DNA of 64,000 nt from a virus. Lineage: Duplodnaviria > Caudoviricetes. The notes under the pieces were generated by a model. It saw only the letters and a list, made by a program, of their open reading frames with translations, had not been told where the DNA came from and did not search any database. Position numbers and translations under genes: made by a program. The DNA lies in the IMG/VR virus record IMGVR_UViG_3300021255_000152, positions 74,029 through 138,028 of that record; one strand, 5' to 3'. Positions 39,671-49,036 of the stretch are shown here, piece by piece; within the stretch, counting starts at the first letter, position 1; each line of letters begins with the position of its first letter.

Positions 39671-41605
39671 TTATTCTGCGTTATATTCGCCAGCTTCTTC
39701 GCTGTGATTCTTAATATATTCTTTTCTTAAACCTGCGCTTGAACCCATGAGAGTTTCAAATAACATATCTGCGGCCTTAGCATCTTCGATTGTAATCTGT
39801 TTAATAATGCGATTATTAGGATCGGTAAGAGTTTCTTCTGTTTCTTCAACAGACATTTCTCCAAGTCCTTTTAGGCGATTAACCTGATACTTGCTACCCT
39901 GATGAGTCTTTCTGAACTCTTCAAGTGCAGCATCATCTTTAAGGTACTTATAGCCTTTATTTCCTCCAAGAGTAATCTTATATAGAGGAGGAACGCCTGC
40001 ATAGATATAGCCATCTTCAATAAGTTGAGGACAGAAATTCCAAATGAAAGTATAAAATAGGTTCTTAATATGACTTCCATCTACATCAGCATCAGATTCA
40101 ATGATAATCTTACCATATCGCAAATCCTCAGGCTTATATGTGATTTTCATTGTTTTCATATCAACAGTCAATCCAAAAGCATCAATCATTGTCATAATTT
40201 CTGCGTTCTTCTGGATCTTATCCAATGTTGCTTTCTGAGTATTAAGAATTTTACCTCTTACTGGCATAACTGCTTGGAATGAGTTATCTCTTGCAAGTTT
40301 GAGGTTGCCAGAAGCGGAATCACCCTCGGTAATATAAATCTCACAATCTTTACGTGGCTTACCTTTGCAGTCTGCGAGTTTTGTGTCGAATTTAAGGGCT
40401 TTCTCTTTTTTCTTAGTTGCGGCACGAGCAGTATCACGAGCCTTCTTTGCTGCCTCTCGTGCTTTACGTGCGTTAATTGCCTTGTCCGCAATTAATTTAA
40501 CTTCTTTCTCATTCGCATTCATCCAAGAGACTAGATTATCTACAAGTGCGCGAGTAAATGGTGCCATATCAATCTTGGTAATTCTTGACTTAACCTGAGC
40601 ATCATATGCTACTCCTGGTGCGGTAATATTGAAGATAATATAAAGTCCTTCTTGAATATCTTCACCAGAAAGATTTTCTTCTTTATCTTTGAGCCACTTC
40701 TTTTCCTTAAAGAACTTGTTAAACTCTCTTGTGATAATAGTTTTAACCTGTACAATATGCTGGCCAGATTCTGTAAGACCTGTATTTACATATGGAATCA
40801 ATGTCGTACCATATGAAGAAGTATAGGTCATTACCATATCCATCTTATTCTTACCATCTACGAAATTCATATTAAAACGATTATCAATTAATTCATTGGA
40901 TTTAACCGCTTCATCTACAAGGTCATTAATACCATTCGTAGAGGTATAAGAAGTTTTCTCTCCATTAGCGTCAAGATTAATGGTTAAACCTGGACACAAT
41001 GCTGTAATAGTTTTAAACAAGGTTTTTATCTTATTTAACTCTACTGTTGTGTGTGTGAAAAACTCTTCTGATGGTTTCCAACAAACTCTTGTTCCAGTCT
41101 CATATCCAGTTAATTCATTACAAGCACCACTTTCTCTTTTATCAAAGACACCTTCAAGAAAACGGCAATTTTCAAATTGATTATCTCTAATAGTTGTAAC
41201 AGTTAGCCAGTGAGATAAAAAAGTAGTAATTTTACTACCAATGCCAAAAGAACCAAGAGAGGTTCCTTCATAGGTTCCATCTTCACGATATTTTCCCGAT
41301 GTGTTTAATACGCTAAAAGCGGCTTCAAGAATTGTCTTTCCATCTTCTCTAAATGAATTAGGAATAAAACCCTGACCGTAATCACGTACAATAACTGTAT
41401 CTTTATCTATCTTTACATCAATTTTATCTCCATGACCCAAACGATATTCATCAATCGCATTGGATAGGATTTCGACTAAAAGTTGAGTGGAATATGTAGT
41501 ATCACCTGCATATACACCTGGTCTTAGTCGAGTAAATTCAAGGGGAGATAATGACTCAATACTATCTTCAGTATATAATGTTTTATCAGTTTTCTTTTTT
41601 GCCAT
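39671..41605 (-). CDS. gyrB: Type IIA topoisomerase subunit B (gyrase B-like)
   Basis: RPGVY, EILSNAIDE, DYGQG, EGDSA, PVRGKILN, DADVDGSHI, KGLGEM. Confidence 0.94.
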   Translation of the reverse strand: MAKKKTDKTLYTEDSIESLSPLEFTRLRPGVYAGDTTYSTQLLVEILSNAIDEYRLGHGDKIDVKIDKDTVIVRDYGQGFIPNSFREDGKTILEAAFSVLNTSGKYREDGTYEGTSLGSFGIGSKITTFLSHWLTVTTIRDNQFENCRFLEGVFDKRESGACNELTGYETGTRVCWKPSEEFFTHTTVELNKIKTLFKTITALCPGLTINLDANGEKTSYTSTNGINDLVDEAVKSNELIDNRFNMNFVDGKNKMDMVMTYTSSYGTTLIPYVNTGLTESGQHIVQVKTIITREFNKFFKEKKWLKDKEENLSGEDIQEGLYIIFNITAPGVAYDAQVKSRITKIDMAPFTRALVDNLVSWMNANEKEVKLIADKAINARKAREAAKKARDTARAATKKKEKALKFDTKLADCKGKPRKDCEIYITEGDSASGNLKLARDNSFQAVMPVRGKILNTQKATLDKIQKNAEIMTMIDAFGLTVDMKTMKITYKPEDLRYGKIIIESDADVDGSHIKNLFYTFIWNFCPQLIEDGYIYAGVPPLYKITLGGNKGYKYLKDDAALEEFRKTHQGSKYQVNRLKGLGEMSVEETEETLTDPNNRIIKQITIEDAKAADMLFETLMGSSAGLRKEYIKNHSEEAGEYNAE

Positions 41606-41631
41606 TACATAAACCTTCCTTATATATAATT

Positions 41632-41660
41632 ATTATAACATAATCAATTAAAAAAGTCAA
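41632..41660 (-). promoter_or_regulatory. sigmaA-type promoter of gyrB overlapping a terminator hairpin
   Basis: TTGACT-N17-TATAAT; hairpin aagtcaaga/tcttgactt. Confidence 0.7.
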
Positions 41661-41677
41661 GATTTTGATTTCTTGAC

Positions 41678-42349
41678 TTATAATGTATCATTTTTACTAT
41701 TTTCTTGTTTATATTGCTTATACCAATTTCGTAGGGCTTTATTCGGATAAATCCACCCATCTTCAATTCCAGTTATCCAATACTTAGGATCATCTTTGTA
41801 TTGACATTCTGATCTCCAATTATCTCTTCCTGAGAAATAACCCATGTTTGGAATATTATTTTTAACGTCACTGAAATAGACTTCTTCTGCGGTCATGGTG
41901 CCAGTAGCTAATTTATCGGCAAGTTCATTTCCAACAATTCCACTATGACCCTTGATATAATTTATATTTACATGGAAATTTCCAGAAGCTAATAATTGAT
42001 GTATATCGTAGATAATTTGTTGATTTTCTACTGGTTTTCCGTCTGATTTTCTCCAGTCATTAGCCATCCATTTTTGTCCCCAAACAGTGGCACAATTAAT
42101 AGCATATTGAGAATCAGAATAAATTTCTGGACAACCCCACTCATCTTTTGTTCCATAATGCGCTATTGCATAATAGAGAGCATATAATTCCATTTCATTA
42201 TTTGTAGTATTTTTAACCTGTTTGGAATAAGCGTCTATAATATAATTTGTTTCCGAATCAAAAACAACATATCCAAAACCGCCTTCATTATTAGTTCCTT
42301 TTTTATTACTTATTCTTGTTGATCCATCGCAAAAAATTTTTATAGCCAT
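41678..42349 (-). CDS. rnhA: Ribonuclease HI
   Basis: FCDGS, TTNNEMEL, SDSQY, VEN, KGHSG..GNELADKLA. Confidence 0.92.
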   Translation of the reverse strand: MAIKIFCDGSTRISNKKGTNNEGGFGYVVFDSETNYIIDAYSKQVKNTTNNEMELYALYYAIAHYGTKDEWGCPEIYSDSQYAINCATVWGQKWMANDWRKSDGKPVENQQIIYDIHQLLASGNFHVNINYIKGHSGIVGNELADKLATGTMTAEEVYFSDVKNNIPNMGYFSGRDNWRSECQYKDDPKYWITGIEDGWIYPNKALRNWYKQYKQENSKNDTL

Positions 42350-42376
42350 TTTCTTATTCCTCTCTATTATATTGTA

Positions 42377-43003
42377 TTACAAAATTTTCTTTTTGTCAAA
42401 TTTATGCTTCAACATTTTTCTAAAATATTCTTGGGTATATCCAAATTTTTCAAACCAGTATTTAAAATCATCTAAATTTTTTAATTCAGAATAATAATGG
42501 ACTTGATTCTCGTTTCAATTATATTCTTTGCATAGTTGCTCGCATAGTAGCAATGTTTGGGTCATGCAATCACGCAAATAATTGAGATTTTCTTTATTAT
42601 CTTCACATATGCAGATATGTATATATCTATCTGTATTTCAAGACTGCATGTTGGTTGGCATTGTTTTTATTATTGCAACCTGGTTATATTTATCTTTCCC
42701 AATTCAATAATGAAAATTATGATCTCGATGAGTGTGGTTATAATCGTTCATTTTATTATTATATCCAATCTTTTCTAGTATCTCTTGTTTATTTTCATTT
42801 TTACTACCAGGTTTTACATACCATCTTAAATATGGGCGTGGCATAAGAGACGAATGAATCACGATTCCTTTTGGATTAAGCATATTATAATGTTTAGCAT
42901 ATGCCGTACTATTGTACATTACACAATCAAGAACTCAAGAAATATTAATGTTCTTGTTTGTTGTTTTTTGCTCTAAGAATTTGATAAACTTTTTCTTTTC
43001 CAT
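42377..43003 (-). CDS. Amidase_2-like (N-acetylmuramoyl-L-alanine amidase fold) protein, probably catalytically degenerate; 3-4 TGA=Trp; start 43003 or 42919
   Basis: KGIVIHS..PYLRWYV..HY[W]IG..S[W]..ICICED..LCKEYN[W]..WFEKFG; open to TAA at 42377. Confidence 0.72.
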
Positions 43004-43385
43004 CAATATAATTCTTTAAATCCACTTTCATTTCTGCAATGCAGTCCTTGATTGTTTCAATGTCCTCTCTGGTCATTCTAATCTGACGATATAGCATTTT
43101 TACAGGATATGACTTAGGATCAAATTGCTTACTCTGTTTCATAGAGTATAAAAGTTGGTTTAGACCTTCTAATTTGATCCTTAGATCATTTTTATATGTG
43201 GCCATCATATTGATATGCATACGAATTTCCGCAATAGTGGAACCAGTAATTAAGCTCTTAAAATCTTCATCTACTGGATTGCAGTATGCTTCTCCCACAT
43301 ATTTTCGTCCATATTTATTATCCACAAATTCGCATTTAGTATAATTATCTTTATATGTAAATTTAGGTTCTTTTTTCGTTTTCAT
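42945..43385 (-). CDS. Hypothetical protein
   Basis: AGGAG RBS; GEAYCNPVD motif, coiled coil. Confidence 0.7.
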   Translation of the reverse strand: MKTKKEPKFTYKDNYTKCEFVDNKYGRKYVGEAYCNPVDEDFKSLITGSTIAEIRMHINMMATYKNDLRIKLEGLNQLLYSMKQSKQFDPKSYPVKMLYRQIRMTREDIETIKDCIAEMKVDLKNYIDGKEKVYQILRAKNNKQEH

Positions 43386-43589
43386 ATAAAACTCCTTATT
43401 TTATATTTTATTATAACAAAAAAAAGGAACAATGGCTACTGTTCCTTTTTAATTTCATCTTCTATATCATCAAATCGAAGTTCTAAATCTTTCAAATTCT
43501 TTTCAATAATTTCAATTTCTTTTAGCGACATATATAAGATATATGAGTTTAAAAGAATTAATAATACACAGAAAAGCATTGTAAAAATA

Positions 43590-44132
43590 CTAAACACCAC
43601 GTCGCAATCTCCTTATATCTTCAATAACTTCATCAATATTTACTGGATACCCATTATGCGCATCCACGCCAATATTATAGATTTGATGCTCTTTAAGCGC
43701 AAACCTATCTGTTGTGTGAGTATGGCCGCTAAGATTCCAGAGTTTTTTACAATCATCAAAATTAGCAACCATTGTAGGATAATGAGATAGATAAAAGTTA
43801 ATGTGTTTATTGACATGTAACATATCTGCATATGCTACATCAACTACACTAGGAAGTTGTTTATATAATTCTACCCTTTTAAGAGAATCATGGTTCCCTA
43901 AAATAATATGGATATTACCTTTTAAATAACTTAAAATTCGCATACCCTCTTCATTATCATTCAGCATAACATCACCTAAATGATATATAGTATCTTTTTC
44001 GTTGATAGAGCAATTCCATTTATCCATTAAATCAAGATTCATCTGATAAACAGATTTATATCCTCTTGGTTGCCAAAGAAACTCTTTTTCATGACAGAAA
44101 TGAGTGTCAGATATGAACCATACGTTACTCAT
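43590..44132 (-). CDS. Calcineurin-like metallophosphoesterase
   Basis: ISDTH, HLGD, GNHD, SHYP, GHTH, NIGVD. Confidence 0.9.
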   Translation of the reverse strand: MSNVWFISDTHFCHEKEFLWQPRGYKSVYQMNLDLMDKWNCSINEKDTIYHLGDVMLNDNEEGMRILSYLKGNIHIILGNHDSLKRVELYKQLPSVVDVAYADMLHVNKHINFYLSHYPTMVANFDDCKKLWNLSGHTHTTDRFALKEHQIYNIGVDAHNGYPVNIDEVIEDIRRLRRGV

Positions 44133-44619
44133 TTACCACCTCATCATTGCGGATAAATTCAATCTCAATAATGGAACAATCAATGTCGCCAAATTCATCT
44201 TTAGTAGGGTATGTAAATTTTTCAGACATATTACGGATTGCATCTTCTGGAACTCGAGCTAATCCATTTCGATTGAGGTTATTTTTTAAGCACTCTTCAA
44301 GTGGAGTATTGATAACATAAACTTCAAGTCGATCGAAAAGAGTTTTATCAACTCTATTATAGAACTTGCGACGAGAACCAACAGTAATATGAGTTGCATC
44401 TGCCCAAACAATGTCGTGGGATTCAGCACTCTTATTTACATCATGGCAAAATTTATTGAAAACATCTGTTTCTTTTGAGAAATAAGGAATACCAGGAGCT
44501 ATTAAAGAGAATCGAATAGCATCACGGGATACTACTGCGTCTTCTGGATGTGCCATCATTTTTACAAAAGTAGATTTACCGCTTGCTGGAATTCCAACCA
44601 TCATTCTAAGAGTTGTCAT
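44125..44619 (-). CDS. Polynucleotide kinase-like (AAA_33)
   Basis: GIPASGKST, SRDAIR, DATH..R, R..VPE. Confidence 0.82.
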   Translation of the reverse strand: MTTLRMMVGIPASGKSTFVKMMAHPEDAVVSRDAIRFSLIAPGIPYFSKETDVFNKFCHDVNKSAESHDIVWADATHITVGSRRKFYNRVDKTLFDRLEVYVINTPLEECLKNNLNRNGLARVPEDAIRNMSEKFTYPTKDEFGDIDCSIIEIEFIRNDEVVNE

Positions 44620-44821
44620 TTTCAAAATCACCCCTTTCAAATTTCATTTTGAATTTTGCTACATCTTGTTCTGAATAACATTCGTAATGATTTACTTCTT
44701 GTTTGCAGTGTATGCAATATAGCTTTTTTAAATGTCCTTTTCCTCTTTGCGCCGCTTCGTTGCGCGCAATGGGAATCCCCCTGTTCCCGCACTTTATGCA
44801 ATAAAATTCATGTGTAATCAC
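44606..44821 (-). CDS. Zn-ribbon protein resembling the ribosomal protein L33 fold
   Basis: CIKC...LKKLYCIHC...HYE spacing like bL33. Confidence 0.5.
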   Translation of the reverse strand: MITHEFYCIKCGNRGIPIARNEAAQRGKGHLKKLYCIHCKQEVNHYECYSEQDVAKFKMKFERGDFENDNS

Positions 44822-44962
44822 CTCATAACCTTCTTTCTAATCCATATTCATGTATTATTTCATCTTGTAAATCAAGATTCATTATAAGGAATAATTTACT
44901 TTTTGGAATAATATGAATACTTCCTACATTGTCTGCATAATAATAGTCATCTTGACTTTCTT

Positions 44963-45163
44963 TTAAGAAAATGTACCCACGATCCCGTCTAAAATTTTTG
45001 TAGCTCTGATCGCTAATTCTTCCATCTGACTTTTTGTAATTTTCTTCCATTTCCAACACCAATCGATTCGATGACAAATCCAATCAATATCCCTTTCGTG
45101 ATAAGGCTTAAAATTTTCATAACTTTTAAGGGCAGTATCAATTTCTTTATAGAAGTCTTTCAT
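44963..45163 (-). CDS. Hypothetical protein
   Basis: RBS and upstream promoter; WICHRIDWCWKW. Confidence 0.6.
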   Translation of the reverse strand: MKDFYKEIDTALKSYENFKPYHERDIDWICHRIDWCWKWKKITKSQMEELAIRATKILDGIVGTFS

Positions 45164-45240
45164 ATTTTCCCTTTCCTTATATAATTATTATATCATATAT
45201 TTTTATAAAAATAAAAAGATCTTAATATTAATCAAGATCT

Positions 45241-46371
45241 TTAGTATTCGCTCAAAAAGTCAGGTAATTCAAAATCTGGAATGTACTTAGCAAGTTGTGG
45301 AACCTGCATCTTTTCCATTATATCTTCTACGGTCAGATTGTTTCCAATAGCCTTAAAGCCAAAGTAAGACAATCTGTCGTTCTTGATAACTTGCGCCACA
45401 GCCTTGCGTTCATAAGAATACTCTTCGTAAAGCAAACGAACATGCTGGATATAGCGAGTTACTTCCCACTTTAGCATATAGAGCTGGTAGGAATAGAAAT
45501 GAATCTGTGCCATATATGGATGATGGGTACCATTTATTTTAATAAATTCATCCCAGAAGTTATCCTTAAATCCCTGAAGAATAGTATTCTTATCCAAGAG
45601 ATAAGAACCATTATTCCAAGCATGGTGTAGTGCAAGATAAGCAGGAGACTTAATCTTTACACGATGCCAGTTCTTATCAACTACTACGAAGCCCTCATGC
45701 TCTACATTATCTGGATTCCCGTTCAATGCTTCGGCCGCTTTGAGTGCATCTTCAAAAGAGTGAAGTGGATATACCTTTGGCTTCTGGATTCCAATAGTAA
45801 AGTTAAATTCCTGACCTGTTTCGTTACATCTTGAGCCAATATGATAAAGCATTGGCTTTGGATAATCAATTACGATTTTATTATAAGGAGAAACGAGTTC
45901 GAAGATATAGGTAACATTGTTGAACAGCTTGTTGAAGGGAATATCTTCATAGTTAATTGCCTTATGGATTAAATCCAAAAAAGACATATTAGTATTAGTC
46001 ACAGCAGCGTTTTCTGCGTTAATAACACCATTGGTAGCCCAACGCCATTTTCCTTTATAACAATAAAGTTTTACGATGGAACCATCTATCTTTTCCTGAA
46101 CCTGAGCGGAATCCCAGTCGATTTCATCGGCATAAGATTCGATGTGGTTTCCAAACTTGCGGAAAGGCCAGCAGACAACTTGATATGTAGTCATATCAAT
46201 GATAATACCACGGGCTTCCTGAACTAAGGAGTTGGAAAAATCGCATCCAATTCCATAGTTAAAAATAGCAAGAGTTCCATCATAATGAACCTTAATGTCC
46301 ATATTTTTGAAATCTTCCATCCATGTTTGCGGATGTGCTTTAATATAATTTACAATAAGAGAATTGGACAT
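45241..46371 (-). CDS. RNA ligase (T4 Rnl1-like)
   Basis: EARGIII, KFGN, EKIDGS, FELVSP.N, EGFVV, RVKIKS..Y. Confidence 0.88.
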   Translation of the reverse strand: MSNSLIVNYIKAHPQTWMEDFKNMDIKVHYDGTLAIFNYGIGCDFSNSLVQEARGIIIDMTTYQVVCWPFRKFGNHIESYADEIDWDSAQVQEKIDGSIVKLYCYKGKWRWATNGVINAENAAVTNTNMSFLDLIHKAINYEDIPFNKLFNNVTYIFELVSPYNKIVIDYPKPMLYHIGSRCNETGQEFNFTIGIQKPKVYPLHSFEDALKAAEALNGNPDNVEHEGFVVVDKNWHRVKIKSPAYLALHHAWNNGSYLLDKNTILQGFKDNFWDEFIKINGTHHPYMAQIHFYSYQLYMLKWEVTRYIQHVRLLYEEYSYERKAVAQVIKNDRLSYFGFKAIGNNLTVEDIMEKMQVPQLAKYIPDFELPDFLSEY

Positions 46372-46420
46372 ATTTCTTTCCTCCTTATATAAATATTATA
46401 TCATATATTTTTATAAAAAT

Positions 46421-46449
46421 AAAAAAAGACCCCTTAATCGGGGTCTTTT
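46421..46449. terminator. Intrinsic terminator
   Basis: AAAAGACCCC-loop-GGGGTCTTTT. Confidence 0.75.
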
Positions 46450-46655
46450 CCGCATAAATAACAATAATGAACAGTATGTTCCATTCCACCTGTTGCGGGA
46501 ATTTTTTCAGTTTTTGTTTTATATGCCATGCATTTTTCACCTATGCATTCATCGAATTCTTCTTCTGTCGTATTTGCCATAGGGAAACCACCTACTCCAT
46601 GAAGATTATAGTTTATAACTATTTTACGTTTTCTAAAGGGACACTTTTTAGGCAT
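46434..46655 (-). CDS. Small Cys-rich hypothetical protein
   Basis: KCPF...ECIGEKCMAY...C; overlaps the sigma gene stop. Confidence 0.6.
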   Translation of the reverse strand: MPKKCPFRKRKIVINYNLHGVGGFPMANTTEEEFDECIGEKCMAYKTKTEKIPATGGMEHTVHYCYLCGKDPD

Positions 46656-47685
46656 CTCTAATTACCTCCTTTAGTGCGTTTGCACGAAGAGGCTGGCGTA
46701 ATTTACGCATGGCCTTTGTTTCAATCTGACGCGCACGTTCTCTAGTAACGCCAAGATGCTTACCAATATCTTCAAGAGTGTGGCCAATTCCATCTTCAAT
46801 TCCAAAACGAAGAGAAATAACCGTTTTTTCACGTTCAGATAAAGTATCCAAAATGGACATAATAGCATCTTTCGTAGAGGAATCCATTAATACTTCTTCT
46901 GGATTCTTTTGATTAGTATCTGGAATTACTTCTGTCATATCAGCATCATCATCTTCTGTTAAAGGCTTGTCAAGAGAAAGAAGATTCTTAGATGCGGCAG
47001 TGTAACGATGAATTTTTTCTACTGTTAAATTAGTGGCTTCTGCTAATTCTTCAATAGTAGGTTCATGACCTAACTCCTGGATCAAATTGGTTCTTGCCTT
47101 GGAGATTTTAGAGAGGGCTTCTACAACATGAACTGGGGTACGAATGGTATGACTCTGATCCGCAATTGCGCGAGTGATTGCCTGACGAATCCAATAGGTT
47201 GCATATGTAGAAAATTTATAACCTTTATCCAGGTCATATTTATCAATGGCTTTAATTAAACCAATATTACCTTCCTGTACGAGATCAAGAAAACTCAAAG
47301 GAGATTTTCCAATATACTTACGTGCAACAAAAGCAACCAAGCGCAAATTGGATTCAATTAGCTTATGCTTGGCTGTTTCATCACCATTTTTAATTCTTTT
47401 TGCAAGATACATTTCCTGTTCTGGACTTAAAAGAGGAATGGTATGAATCTGTCGCATATAGATTTTAACAGAATCACTAACAGACGAAAACTTTAAATCA
47501 TCCTCGCAATCTTCATCAAAGTCTGGCAGAATGATTTCAATACCTTTATCATATAAAGCATTATATGCCTGTTCAATTTCTTCATCTGTGCTGAACGTTT
47601 TAAGGATTACTTCATCCTTAATCTTATTATCTTTAGCATTTGCGATAATTGTTTCAATCTTTTTGTTAAATTCTTCTGTCATCAT
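46648..47685 (-). CDS. RpoD/SigA-like group 1 sigma factor
   Basis: DSVKIYMRQI (1.2), SNLRLV, DLVQEGNIGL, KFSTYATYWIRQAITRAIADQ, TLEDIG..GVTRERARQIE. Confidence 0.93.
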   Translation of the reverse strand: MMTEEFNKKIETIIANAKDNKIKDEVILKTFSTDEEIEQAYNALYDKGIEIILPDFDEDCEDDLKFSSVSDSVKIYMRQIHTIPLLSPEQEMYLAKRIKNGDETAKHKLIESNLRLVAFVARKYIGKSPLSFLDLVQEGNIGLIKAIDKYDLDKGYKFSTYATYWIRQAITRAIADQSHTIRTPVHVVEALSKISKARTNLIQELGHEPTIEELAEATNLTVEKIHRYTAASKNLLSLDKPLTEDDDADMTEVIPDTNQKNPEEVLMDSSTKDAIMSILDTLSEREKTVISLRFGIEDGIGHTLEDIGKHLGVTRERARQIETKAMRKLRQPLRANALKEVIRDA

Positions 47686-48238
47686 AACCCTTCCCTCTTC
47701 TAAACACTATAATTCCATTACTTACTTCTTTAAATAAATATCCACAATATATTTTATCATTTTTCATCGCAACTGAAATTCTATCAGCTATTTCAGATAT
47801 TTCAACATTATTCATATCTTTATCTCTTACAAGCCAAGTTGCCACTGTAATAATGTCATGTGCTTGCAAAACAAAAGTATCATCTTGATTATATTTTTCA
47901 TTCGTGCTTAAATCTTTGAGCGCACGCTCCAAGTTCTCTTCTAATGAAACCCATTCAAGATTTTGAAGTGAATTATCACGCTTATTATGATTAATATGAT
48001 CTACACTCATATTAGTATAATCATCAAGTGGATGCCACGTCATAAGAACTACTCTATGCACGGAGTAGTTCTGATTATTAACACGAATTTTCATATATCC
48101 ATGTTTATTTATCTTTGGCATTATTGGATTTTTATTAATATCTTTAAAATTGCCAAGAGTAGAAACATAGATTTTTAAATCTTCATTAAATTTCCATTTT
48201 TCTACTTGAAAATAGAGCTTTGGAAAAATATATTTCAT
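47666..48238 (-). CDS. HNH endonuclease (HNH_3 type)
   Basis: GYM..VHRVV..VDHINHNKRDNSLQNLEWV. Confidence 0.85.
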   Translation of the reverse strand: MKYIFPKLYFQVEKWKFNEDLKIYVSTLGNFKDINKNPIMPKINKHGYMKIRVNNQNYSVHRVVLMTWHPLDDYTNMSVDHINHNKRDNSLQNLEWVSLEENLERALKDLSTNEKYNQDDTFVLQAHDIITVATWLVRDKDMNNVEISEIADRISVAMKNDKIYCGYLFKEVSNGIIVFRRGKGYDDRRI

Positions 48239-48259
48239 AATTATTCCTTTCTATAATAA

Positions 48260-49036
48260 TTATAACATATTTTTATAATTTTTCAAGTTTTCCATGCTAT
48301 AACTAGAACCAAAAGGAATTGCTTCGTGATAGATCATTGTCGCAAATTCATGAAGGTCTCTATTATCATGGTAATGACCAAAATAGAACCTATCATAATC
48401 GCAGCGTGCAACGATTTCATTTAGAAAATATTCAGTAGTATTATCTACCATAGACTGATCTACTTGCGGTAAGAACAAGTCTTGGATATAAGGTATCCAC
48501 ATATATGGACAAGTGTGCGCAAATATGTAATCATATTTTGGCTCCTGGTATTCTAAAAGTTCCTGTCTCTCTTCATAAGAAAGTTGTTCGTTTTCAAACC
48601 AGGACCAGTGATTCATAATACGATACCACTTATCTACTGAATATGCTCCTGGAATTGTTAAAACAGATTTTCCTTCTATAATGTACTTCCCACCTTCGTC
48701 TAAAGCATATTTGATTTTTGGAAATCTATCTTCAACATATACTCGATTTTCAAAATATCTTTCATAATGCCAGTCCGCAGGATATTTTAACATTTGAATA
48801 GAAGGACGCTGTTCATGATTACCTCTAATGCAAAAATAGGTTAAAGGAAACTTATGGAGTTTCTCTTTGAAAAAATCATCTCGTTTATTAAGATAATATA
48901 ATGCGCCAAAGTCACCAAGCACAACCAAAACGTTATCTTCATAATTATCAGATAACTCTTCTTTATGCTTTACATAGAAATTGCGTACAACAGTCCAATC
49001 TCCATGGATGTCTCCAATTAACCATATGTTCTTCAT
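48260..49036 (-). CDS. Metallophosphoesterase
   Basis: GDIHG, LGDFG, RGNHE, HTCP, FGHYH. Confidence 0.9.
   Translation of the reverse strand: MKNIWLIGDIHGDWTVVRNFYVKHKEELSDNYEDNVLVVLGDFGALYYLNKRDDFFKEKLHKFPLTYFCIRGNHEQRPSIQMLKYPADWHYERYFENRVYVEDRFPKIKYALDEGGKYIIEGKSVLTIPGAYSVDKWYRIMNHWSWFENEQLSYEERQELLEYQEPKYDYIFAHTCPYMWIPYIQDLFLPQVDQSMVDNTTEYFLNEIVARCDYDRFYFGHYHDNRDLHEFATMIYHEAIPFGSSYSMENLKNYKNML

Noticed and set aside
13871-41605. Inteins or group I introns in nrdD, dnaE, helicase or gyrase
   Set aside because: Frames are continuous, lengths are ordinary, and no intein splice-junction motifs were noticed.
44823-45083. ORF ending in TGA as evidence that TGA still serves as a stop
   Set aside because: No convincing start or RBS, and it overlaps 44963..45163 extensively. 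Cannot be supported, though a short real gene here is not excluded.
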